Source of the DNA: an uncultured Acidobacteriaceae bacterium
GTDB taxonomy: Bacteria > Acidobacteriota > Terriglobia > Terriglobales > Acidobacteriaceae
Direction: 5' to 3'
Length of the DNA: 64,000 nucleotides
Assembly (NCBI GenBank): GCA_964245435.1
Contig: CAXTMF010000008.1
Span: 32,772 to 96,771, forward strand
Each line of letters opens with the position of its first letter. The first letter of the stretch is position 1. This document shows positions 19,902 through 28,700 of this stretch, in pieces. The notes beneath the pieces are model-generated. The model searched no databases. It was not told the origin of the DNA and saw nothing but the letters and a program-made list of their open reading frames with translations. The position numbers and the translations under genes are program-made.

Positions 19902-19933
19902 ATTACGGCGCTGCGCATCAGGCCAGTGAAGGG

Positions 19934-20653
19934 TTAGCGGACGACGGCGCGTTCACCTGCGTAATCGGACGCAATGCTCGTTGATTTCTTCGCGAGGCTT
20001 ACAGCCCAGAGCCCGTAGGCCACCTTGGTCAGCAGGTCGAAGATCACGTAGCCCGCAGCATCAAAGTCCGCGCTGAGGTATTTCGCACCTTCCTGCCCGA
20101 GAATAAAGATGACTGGGTAGGCGAACCACAGCACGGAAAGAACGGTGGCCTTCTTTGCGTAGTCTGCACCGTGAGGGCCAGTCGCCGTCATCTTCTTGAA
20201 TGGACCGAAGAGCAGGAAATAGATGAATAAGAATGCAATACAGCTGGTGATGTAGAAGGAGTATTTCAATGTTATATCATCGGTGCGGCCCGCGACGTAC
20301 CCTGTCACGATCATGTAGATATCTGCACCGAGGAGACTGGCGATAAGAGCAAAACGCTTGAAGCCCGTACCTTTCAATCCAGAATGAACAAGACTCCAGA
20401 GCAGCAGCGGCGTCGTGATGGCCCAGTCGATATAACGGGCATAATAGAAGATGCGGCCACCTTCGGTAGTAAGCCGGCCTGCGCCTAAAGCCATCACGAG
20501 GTATGCCGTGAAGGCAAAGAGAGGCACGTAGAAGTGGGAAGCGATCTCACCTTCCTCCCGCTCATTCTTATTGCTCAGCAAAGGCAGATATAGCAGCACC
20601 ATGCCGATAAACATTCCAACTACGCCTACTTCAAGCCAGGTCTGCACATCCAT
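19934..20653 (-). CDS. Microbial (type-1) rhodopsin, DTS motif, probable light-driven outward proton pump
   Basis: 239 aa, 7 TM. Helix C RYIDWAITTPLLLWS aligns with BR RYADWLFTTPLLLLD. Helix G FDLLTKVAYG carries the Schiff-base Lys (K210) and the D212 equivalent (D206). Helix F is LWFAYPVIF. Retinal-synthesis genes follow directly downstream. Confidence 0.9.
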   Translation of the reverse strand: MDVQTWLEVGVVGMFIGMVLLYLPLLSNKNEREEGEIASHFYVPLFAFTAYLVMALGAGRLTTEGGRIFYYARYIDWAITTPLLLWSLVHSGLKGTGFKRFALIASLLGADIYMIVTGYVAGRTDDITLKYSFYITSCIAFLFIYFLLFGPFKKMTATGPHGADYAKKATVLSVLWFAYPVIFILGQEGAKYLSADFDAAGYVIFDLLTKVAYGLWAVSLAKKSTSIASDYAGERAVVR

Positions 20654-20744
20654 GCGTCACGTCCGGGGAGGGGAATAAAGGTTCTGCCGGTTGTGATGCA
20701 GAAGATTCCGCTCGAGGAGCCACCTGGTCACTGAATCGGTGGAT

Positions 20745-21950
20745 CTACTGTTTGCTCCCGGATAAGGGGCTGGGCGGCTCCGGCGAAATGCGGGTCGGTG
20801 GCTGGGGGATGTTCGTAATCGTGATCGGCTGAGGCACGGGCGGGTTCGTGACTGGCCGGGCTACGATGGCGACCTGCTCATGCTTGGTCTCGAGTAGCTT
20901 TCCCGTCCTGGAAACGTGCTCCTCCCAAACCACGTAGCGGCTATCATCCAGCCGATCCGTGAAGATGACGTCGTGCTCGCCGTCAACGCGCAGCTTGAGC
21001 AGCGGCGTCGGCGCGGTCAGGATGTCCTCGCTCAGAAAAGGCTCGTTCGGAATCTGCGGCGTCGCGCCGCCAACCTGCGCAACGCAGTCCGAAACGGCGA
21101 TCCAGCCCATCTCAGGCGAGAGATTCCGGTACAGCGTTGCCGGCGGCAGCGCCTCATTTACAGCCTTATCGCTCTCTTTTTTCACGCTGAGAGCCTGCTG
21201 TTCAGTGGTCGCATGTTTCACCTTCTTGCGGACCAGCTTCACTGCACGCACTGGCTCATTGTTCGCCCGGGGCACAACCGCCGTAAATGCAGCTGCCCGG
21301 TCACCGTCCTGCCGAGTAAAGTGGAGCAGAATTGCACCCTGACCGTCGCCTGCCGGTACACCAACCAGCGCTTCCGCGTCGGGCTGGGTTGCCGGGCATA
21401 CCGTCTGCTGGTAGCTCCAACCGGACTGAGACAAATTGAGGCCCCGCGCTTTCGCCGCGCGAGCCAGATCCTCGTGCCGCGCAGCAATGATCGCGGCGTC
21501 CGCCGCCGTAATTTCGTCGCCTGCACGCACCGGCAGCGAGAAGTACACCATACGCGGATTGCCGGGAACGCTACGAGATAGCATGCCGGGCGGCGTAACA
21601 GCGACGATGTCATGGCCCAGATCGATGTCGCGATTGGCTCCCAGGCCGAGATCCAAGCCGAGGTCCATCGGCTGCGGAGCTGAGTCGACAGAGGCGTCAA
21701 TATCCGTATGAGGCTTTGAGTCGAGCCGTACATCCGGCTGCTGCACAGGCTTTGGAGCTTGGCTCGCGGGCGTCACCTGAGAATTGTGCGTTCCGGGCTC
21801 AGTCGGCGTCGCGCTGGGTGGAAGCGTTTGCTGCGGCTGAGGCTGGGCTCCCTGCGGAACGTTGTTCTGCGCCCGCAGCTCCCGCGCAGAAAGACTTGCG
21901 ACAAACAAAGGCAGCCATACAGCAAGGGAGGTGAGACGGAGAGCTCTCAT
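20745..21950 (-). CDS. Hypothetical secreted protein
   Basis: 401 aa with signal peptide MRALRLTSLAVWLPLFVASLSARELRAQ and a Pro/Gln-rich linker of about 70 aa. I recognised no domain. Confidence 0.6.
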   Translation of the reverse strand: MRALRLTSLAVWLPLFVASLSARELRAQNNVPQGAQPQPQQTLPPSATPTEPGTHNSQVTPASQAPKPVQQPDVRLDSKPHTDIDASVDSAPQPMDLGLDLGLGANRDIDLGHDIVAVTPPGMLSRSVPGNPRMVYFSLPVRAGDEITAADAAIIAARHEDLARAAKARGLNLSQSGWSYQQTVCPATQPDAEALVGVPAGDGQGAILLHFTRQDGDRAAAFTAVVPRANNEPVRAVKLVRKKVKHATTEQQALSVKKESDKAVNEALPPATLYRNLSPEMGWIAVSDCVAQVGGATPQIPNEPFLSEDILTAPTPLLKLRVDGEHDVIFTDRLDDSRYVVWEEHVSRTGKLLETKHEQVAIVARPVTNPPVPQPITITNIPQPPTRISPEPPSPLSGSKQ

Positions 21951-21978
21951 GCGCCTCCTACTATACCATCGTAATACT

Positions 21979-22016
21979 GAGAAGAGGGGCAGCCCGGACA
22001 GGCTATCCCTCTTCTC
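21979..22016 (-). terminator. Perfect 10-bp stem hairpin downstream of the TPR-like gene
   Basis: GAGAAGAGGG (21979-21988) pairs with CCCTCTTCTC (22007-22016) around an 18-nt loop. It lies 38 nt after the stop at 22054. There is no clear U-tract, so it may instead be an RNA-stability or processing element. Confidence 0.35.
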
Positions 22017-22053
22017 GATGAACGATTAGGTTACCAGCGGAACGAGGCCCAGG

Positions 22054-23379
22054 TTAGCGGCGACGTGCAGGGGTCCGCGTTGTAGCCTGTACTGCGCCAT
22101 CCTTCAAGATGATCTGTGCCGGGTTTTGCGTGTAAGAGTCGAAGGTGGCCACGTATTTCACGTCGGCTCCCGGCGAAGGAACTGTCTTGAGCGGCTCCTT
22201 CATGTTGATGGTGAAGTCAGCCTTGTTCGACTGCTGGGAGTCGGCAGAGACCGCCATCTGCACCTGATCGGCAGTGGCCGTCACCACCTTGCCCGGAATC
22301 AGAAGGGTCTGACCTTTCAGGGTTGCCCATACCTTCTCGGCGTCCTCCGTCGAGCCGTTAGCGAGCACGAACTCCTTGTCGGAAAGCGAGAGCTTGGAGA
22401 GATCAGGCGTGCTGGTCACGGCCTGGTGAGCCAGGTCGGCAGGCGCCGGCGGCGGCGGAGCGGCGGTCGGCTTATAGTCAGCCGGGGGCATCAGGTTGGC
22501 TTGCGCCAGGGTTTTTACCTGATCAAAGCCATCCATGCCGCCGTGGTACTTGTTGTACCAATACTCGGCTGCCTTCTCGATCTGGTCCTTCGAGGTACCC
22601 TGCGCGAACTGCGCAGCGCGGGTCAGGTACCAGATCGCGTTCACCAGGTCCTTCGGATCTTCCTGCAGGTAAGCCTGTCCTAGCAGGTAGGTGTCGAGCA
22701 GTCCAGGTCCCGTCTGGGTCTGCGTAGGATCGGTATAGGCCTTTAGCTCGGATTGGTAGGCATCGATCGAGCCCTTGTAGTCCTTCTTTGCGGTATCATC
22801 AGCGGCAATCGCGCTTTCAAAGATTGGCGTCGCGAGCCCCTTCAGTTTGGTATAGTCGGCGTCGCTCATGCCGGCCGGCTTGGTCGCGCTCAGGCCCTTT
22901 TGTGCCAGTGAGGCTGCATCATCCAGTTTCGACTGGTCGCCCTGCGCCTGCTGCTTTTCCACGTAGACGATAAAGGTTAGTGCGCGCAGGTTGGTCGGAT
23001 CCACTTGCAGCAGACGGCGTGCCGCGTCCACTGTTTTGGGCGTGTCGTTGGCCTGCTGATAGGCGCCCACCAACTGCTCCAGCATCTCCTGCTTCACCAC
23101 GGAATTGGGATACTGCTGCAGAAAGGCTTCGATGGCTTGTGCCTTGGCTGCCGGGGAGCTCTGACCGACTGCGTTCGTGTAGGCGTTGTACTCGGCCGGA
23201 TCTTTGATCGTGATCTGGCCACCCTGCGCGTTAGTTCCAGTAGCGGGCTGGCCGGTTTGGGTCGGCGAAGCGGCCTGGCTCGGCGCGGTAGCAGGCGCGG
23301 TTTGCGCGGTCGCGGCAGGCAGTACAGCAAGTGTGCTGGTCGCAAACGCGAGCAGCGAGGCGACAACAACCTTCTTCAT
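22054..23379 (-). CDS. Secreted TPR-like helical-repeat protein
   Basis: 441 aa with a signal peptide ending AATAQ, a Pro/Thr/Gln-rich linker, and a helical-repeat body (AIEAFLQQYPNS, AARRLLQVDPTNLRAL, LLGQAYLQEDPKDLVNAIWYLTRAAQF). Confidence 0.65.
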   Translation of the reverse strand: MKKVVVASLLAFATSTLAVLPAATAQTAPATAPSQAASPTQTGQPATGTNAQGGQITIKDPAEYNAYTNAVGQSSPAAKAQAIEAFLQQYPNSVVKQEMLEQLVGAYQQANDTPKTVDAARRLLQVDPTNLRALTFIVYVEKQQAQGDQSKLDDAASLAQKGLSATKPAGMSDADYTKLKGLATPIFESAIAADDTAKKDYKGSIDAYQSELKAYTDPTQTQTGPGLLDTYLLGQAYLQEDPKDLVNAIWYLTRAAQFAQGTSKDQIEKAAEYWYNKYHGGMDGFDQVKTLAQANLMPPADYKPTAAPPPPAPADLAHQAVTSTPDLSKLSLSDKEFVLANGSTEDAEKVWATLKGQTLLIPGKVVTATADQVQMAVSADSQQSNKADFTINMKEPLKTVPSPGADVKYVATFDSYTQNPAQIILKDGAVQATTRTPARRR

Positions 23380-23546
23380 GGAACGCTCCTAAACGATCTG
23401 GGACTTTCTTGGGATGCAGTATCCGCGCAGCTTTCGTTCGTGAAAGAGAAGAACAAACCCAGCCGGAACCGTTCTCCCCTCTTATAACGCACAAACGGCT
23501 CGCTAAGAAACAGCCCGCCAGCCATACAGGCAGCATCTCCCTTGCT

Positions 23547-24287
23547 ATGCAATCCATCGAGACAGGGAAGGTACTAGCGGGTCAGGTAGCGGTTATCACG
23601 GGTGCGGCACGTGGTATCGGCAGGGCGGTAGCTGAGCGGCTGGGGCAGCTGGGTGCGCATGCAGTTTTGATTGCGCGCGACCGGGCGAAGCTTGACGATG
23701 TACTGACGAACATCGAAAAAGCCGGCGGCTCGGCCACGGCTTATCCGGCCGACCTGCGCGACGCGTCTTCGACTGATCAGCTGGCCAGTGAAATCGCCGA
23801 GCGCTGGGGCCGATGCGACATCCTGGTCAATAATGCAGGCGTGGGCCGCTTTCACAAACCGCTTCATGAAATGACAATCGAGGATTGGGATCAGACCTTC
23901 GACACCAACCTCCGTGCGGTCTTTCTCATGATTCGCGCGGTCGCTCCAAGAATGCTCGAGGCGAAGGCTGGCCACATCATCAACATCTCGTCACTCGGCG
24001 GGCGCAATCCCTTACCCAACGGCGCAGCCTACTCGGCGTCGAAAGCAGGCCTGAACGGGCTGAGCTACTCAGTCGCCGAGGAGTTGCGTCCTTTCGGTAT
24101 CCGCGTATCGGTCATCGCACCAGGTTCTGTAAACACGGGCTTCGGCGGGAGTGATGGCACAGACGCAGCGAAGGCCGCGCGAAAGATCCAGCCGGAGGAC
24201 GTAGCACATGTAGTCGAGATGCTCGTCCGGCAAGCGCCCCAAAGCTTTGTCAGCGAAGTTCTGCTACGCCCAACCAGTAAGCCATAG
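23547..24287 (+). CDS. Short-chain dehydrogenase/reductase (classical SDR)
   Basis: Start set at ATG 23547 (246 aa). TGAARGIGRAV Rossmann motif, NNAG, and the S...YSASK catalytic residues. The 318-aa ORF start gives an Arg/Ser-rich junk N-terminus that overlaps the divergent gene. Confidence 0.85.
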   Translation: MQSIETGKVLAGQVAVITGAARGIGRAVAERLGQLGAHAVLIARDRAKLDDVLTNIEKAGGSATAYPADLRDASSTDQLASEIAERWGRCDILVNNAGVGRFHKPLHEMTIEDWDQTFDTNLRAVFLMIRAVAPRMLEAKAGHIINISSLGGRNPLPNGAAYSASKAGLNGLSYSVAEELRPFGIRVSVIAPGSVNTGFGGSDGTDAAKAARKIQPEDVAHVVEMLVRQAPQSFVSEVLLRPTSKP

Positions 24288-24381
24288 GCCGCAGTGGTTG
24301 GCCAGGATGCCGCTGCTCGCGTTAACGGTCGGTCACTAGTTAACGATTGGTCAGTACTGGACGGTAATTCCCTGCCGGCTC

Positions 24382-25674
24382 TCAGGCAGCCCGGCCGGCC
24401 CTGCGAAGCGGCGCGGGTAGTTGTTCTCCCGCGCGCCGGCTCTGGCGAAGCACCTTCCCGGCGAACACCTCTTCAGCCATGATGGCGACTAAAGGCGCGA
24501 GAAACGGTAGCAGCTCCCCAAAGACCCGGGTCTCAGTCACGATTGCCCACAGCAGCATAAAGGCGTACCAGACCGGCAGCACCAGCAGCCAGGCACGCAG
24601 TTGCGCGTCGGCGACCCGCTTCCGGTACAGAATGAGAAATGGCCAGAGAAAACCGAATGCGCTGGCCAGCTGTGGCCAGTAGCGGAGGCGTAGAAATAGG
24701 TGCAAGTTCCAGAGGGGGCGAGTAAAGTACTCCGACGGGTTGGCCCCGAACATCGTGTAAACGGTCTGGTGCCAGAGCAGCCAGTACGCCGAAAGAGCCC
24801 CTACCAGGGAGAGCACAGGCCAGCGCAGCAGGTCGCGCCAGTGCACTCGACCATCCGTACCCAGAACCTGGGAGATCGCCCAGAAAGGGAGCAGCAGGAG
24901 AGTCGTTTCCCGGTTCAGGGTTGCAACTGCGAACAGAACTACAAACCAGATCAGCGGCTTGCGAAAGTAGATCAGGTAGAAGCCGGTCGCAAACGCAGCA
25001 AGACTCGGCATGTCATAGACGTAGCGGAAGTTTTGAACGGTGTGCACGATATAAGCCAGCACACATAGGCCGAGGAATAGGGGGAAGACCAGAGGCCGCA
25101 GCAGGTTGCGTCTGGTTGCGGCGTCGTAGATCCGCAGCGCAACCCAGCCGCTCACCAGCACGCAGACAATGCCCAGATAGAACTCCAGAACCATGCCAGG
25201 CGTGACGCCGCGGGGAAAAAAGTAGGTATTGCGTGCTAGATGCGCTGCATGGTGAATCGCCCAGGGAGCGTGGTCGACATAGCGGTACAGCGGCGCGAGC
25301 AGCAACCGGGTTTGAAACGGCAGGCGTTCGGAGCCGTCCTCCCAAAGCGGCAAGTTGACATAAGGCCACTCAAGATAGATGTAGGAGCCGACAAACTGAA
25401 CAGCAGCGAGAACGTACAACAGCAGCAGCCCGGCGCGCCGCAATGGACTTCCCGGCCGCATCCACGTGCCAGCATCCTCCAGCGCCGATCGCCAAGCGCT
25501 TCCCCGAGAAGATGCAGGAGCCGAGGCGGGCATTGTCCTGGAGGCTGGGGAAGACGCCTCTGCGGTGGACTGAGTCGTACGCTGCTCAAGCAAAGGCATC
25601 GCGCTTTTGGATGCACGGCAGCCGCGGAATCTTCGAAACAGTGAGGCAAACTGAATTTCGTCCAGCTTATCCAC
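24382..25674 (-). CDS. Hypothetical polytopic membrane protein
   Basis: 430-aa ORF with about 9 hydrophobic helices after a Ser/Ala-rich N-terminus of about 90 aa. I recognised no motif, and the true start may be an internal Met. Confidence 0.55.
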   Translation of the reverse strand: MDKLDEIQFASLFRRFRGCRASKSAMPLLEQRTTQSTAEASSPASRTMPASAPASSRGSAWRSALEDAGTWMRPGSPLRRAGLLLLYVLAAVQFVGSYIYLEWPYVNLPLWEDGSERLPFQTRLLLAPLYRYVDHAPWAIHHAAHLARNTYFFPRGVTPGMVLEFYLGIVCVLVSGWVALRIYDAATRRNLLRPLVFPLFLGLCVLAYIVHTVQNFRYVYDMPSLAAFATGFYLIYFRKPLIWFVVLFAVATLNRETTLLLLPFWAISQVLGTDGRVHWRDLLRWPVLSLVGALSAYWLLWHQTVYTMFGANPSEYFTRPLWNLHLFLRLRYWPQLASAFGFLWPFLILYRKRVADAQLRAWLLVLPVWYAFMLLWAIVTETRVFGELLPFLAPLVAIMAEEVFAGKVLRQSRRAGEQLPAPLRRAGRAA

Positions 25675-25780
25675 ATTTCGGCTGGTTCCTGGCGATCCCG
25701 CGGGCTGCGCTTCCCTTGCCCGGCCGATACGGAGCGCATAGTCTTCAACTGACCCCGCCCTGAAGGAGTGCAGCTACATT

Positions 25781-28700
25781 TTGCTGAAGCTCAAGAAAAT
25801 CCAGATTCTCGGCTTCAAATCGTTCTGCGATAAGACTGAGGTCGCGCTTCCCGGTGACGGGATCGCCGTCGTCGTAGGGCCGAACGGCTGCGGCAAGTCG
25901 AACATTCTGGATGGCGTCACCTGGGTTCTCGGCGAGCAGAGCGCGAAAAGCCTACGCGGCGGCAAGATGGAGGACGTGATCTTCGCCGGAACGCGCGAGC
26001 GGCGGGCACTCGGCATGGCCGAAGTGTCTATCACGTTGATTGATCCGGAAGCCTACGGCAGTGGATCGCTAACCGGCGACCAGACAAACGCCGCGACAGC
26101 AGCAAGTAGCAGCGACGGCGATTGGGACGAGGCGGCTCTCCGCGCCAGCAAGGCCGACGAAGTAGAGCAGATCATCGCCGCCTCCCAGCCCGGCCCTGTA
26201 CCGGCCGAACGCGAAACCACCGAGCCGGAGCAAGGCGAACCGTCGTATGGCGCTTTCGAGGAAGAACCTGGTCCTGGCGACGAGGTGGTGCTGAAGATCC
26301 GGCGCCGCAAGTTCCAGAAGACGGCACAGCGGGGCGAGATTGTCGTAACCCGCCGGCTCTTCCGCACTGGCGACAGCGAGTATCTGCTGAACGGCAAGCT
26401 GTGCCGGCTGGCGGATATACGGGACATCTTTATGGGTACGGGACTCGGGCCCGAGTCCTACGCGATCATCGGGCAGGAGCGCATCGGTCAACTACTGAGC
26501 TCCAAGCCCCACGACCGGCGCGCCATCATTGAAGAGGCAGCGGGTATCACGCGCTTCAAGACAAAGAAGCGGCTTTCCGAGCTGCGACTGGAGCAGGCCA
26601 GACAGAATCTGGCTCGGATAGACGACATCTTCGACGAGGTCGCGAAGCAGATGGTGATGCTGCGTCGACAGGCAGCCAAGGCTGAGCGTTACGGAGCGTT
26701 GCGGGATGAGCTGCAAGCGAAGCTGCGCGTGGTGCTCGCAAGCAAGCTTGCCGGGCTCGATGAGGATACCGCTGCTGCCGCTGCCGCGATCGCTGCACTT
26801 ACGGTTGAGATCGACGGGCAAAGCGGCACGATGGAGAGCCTGCAGGCCGAGGTCACAGAAGGCCAGGAACGCGGGTATGCGCTGGACCTCCAAGCAAAGG
26901 AACAAAGCCGGATCGCGAGCGAGAGTGCCATCGAGCTCGAGCGGGCGCGCAACCGGCAGAGCAGCAATGCGGAGCGCATCGCCGAACTCGAGGCACGGCT
27001 CGCCACAGCCGGCACTGAATTAGATCAGGCCCGCGAACAGCTCACTTCCCTGACAACAGAGCGGGCGCAGGGCCAGCAGTTCCTGGCAAGCGTGGCAGCC
27101 GAAACCGAGACTTTTCGGACCCAGGCCAGCCGCCAGCAAACTGCTGCTCGTGACGCCTCGGCCGCCGTCGGGCAGGCAGAAGGACGGGTAGAAGCGGCTC
27201 GACGCGAGGCGACGCAGCTTTTGCACCAGCTGGGCCAGGTACGCCGCGAACAGGCACAAGCTGAGGAGTCACTTGCGGCGGTCGACCGGGATGCAAGCCG
27301 GCTGGAAGGCGAGCTCTCGGCAGCCCGGCGGGAGCTGGATGCGCTCGGCGTGGAACGCGGGCAGGTCTCGCTGCGTTTCGAGTCGGCCAGTGAGACTCTG
27401 AAGCGGATCGAAACAGAAGTAGGCAGCCTTCGCGCAGACGTTGTGACAAAGCGCGCGGAGGAGCAGGAAGCGAAGCACCGCACCGATGGCCTGCGCGCCG
27501 AGCGTGCCACGTTGGCCGGACGGCGGAACTCGCTCGATGCGTTGCTGCGCGAGCATAGTTACTCGACCGACACAGTGAAAAAGCTGTTGAAAGCGAGCAC
27601 GCTTGCAGACGGCCTCAAGCCGGTCGGCACCCTAGCGGATTTTCTCGAGGTCGGTGAGCAGTATGAGTCCGTCGTCGACGAGTTTCTCCGGGATGAGCTG
27701 AACTACATCGTTGTGAAGAGCTGGGACGCAGCGGACGCGGGTCTCAGCTTGCTGCGCACCGGCTCAAGCGCTGGCAAGGACGCAGGGGTGGACGGGCGCG
27801 CGACTTTTCTTGTACACCCGGACGACTCCCAGGCCAGGTTCTCCTTCGCTGCAAACGCGAGTGGTGCGCTTGCGCCCAAGCAGGGGGTTGTCGGGCTGAA
27901 GGATTGCATCCGCGTGCTCAACGGCTTCGGTAAGTCGCTCGAAGTAATCCTGCCCAAGCTGCGCGATGGCTACGTGACTCCGGACGCGGAGACCGCTCGA
28001 ACGCTGGCCCTCGAGAACCCGGACGCATTCTTTCTTGCCCCAGGGGGCGAATGCTTCCACAACGTGACCGTCACTGGCGGCAAGCCGCGCGCCGAAGGCC
28101 CGCTCGCACTGAAGCGAGAGCTGCGCGACGCGCAAACGAAGCTCTCAAGCGTGGAAGAGCAGCTGGCCGCAGCAGAAACGCACTCCGCCACACTCGCTCG
28201 CACACTTGCCGAACTAACCCACCGCATTGACAACAGCACCGAGGAGCGCCGGATTGCCGAGCGCGAGAGCGCCCATGAAGGCGCGGCGCTGCGCCAGATG
28301 GATGGCGAAAGACAACGGTTGGAACGCCGCCTGGCCGAGTGGACGCTGCAAGGTGAACGGGCCAGAACGCAGCATGAGGAGAAAGCAGCGCTGATCGCCC
28401 GCAAAGCGGATGAATCAGCCCGGCTGCAGAGCTCTCATTCAGCAGTCGAAGCGAGGCAGGAGGAGCTGCGGCAGGCCGTAGCTGCGGCCCGGCAGGCACG
28501 CGACGAGGCTCAAGCGGCCGCGGCAAAGCTTTCGGCTGAGCTGGCCGGGTTGGAAGAACGCCGCCGCGGCGCCACAGCTAGTTTCGAGCGCCTCGACCGC
28601 ATCTTTGCCGAGGCCGAACGCCGCGGCAAACAGCTGGAGCAGTTGATAGGGAGTGCCCAGGCTGAGCAGGGACAGCGCGAGAGCGAAAACAGCTCGCTGG

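Noticed and set aside
14146-20744. Opsin operon as a mobile genomic island
   Set aside because: No integrase, transposase, tRNA gene, direct repeats or IS ends are visible at either border (14146-14228, 20654-20744). Horizontal origin can only be tested by phylogeny and composition statistics.
19934-23379. Opsin as a sensory rhodopsin with an adjacent transducer
   Set aside because: No Htr/MCP-like (HAMP plus methyl-accepting), histidine kinase or ASRT-like gene lies nearby. Both carboxylate counter-ions are present, and the motif fits pump-type opsins better.
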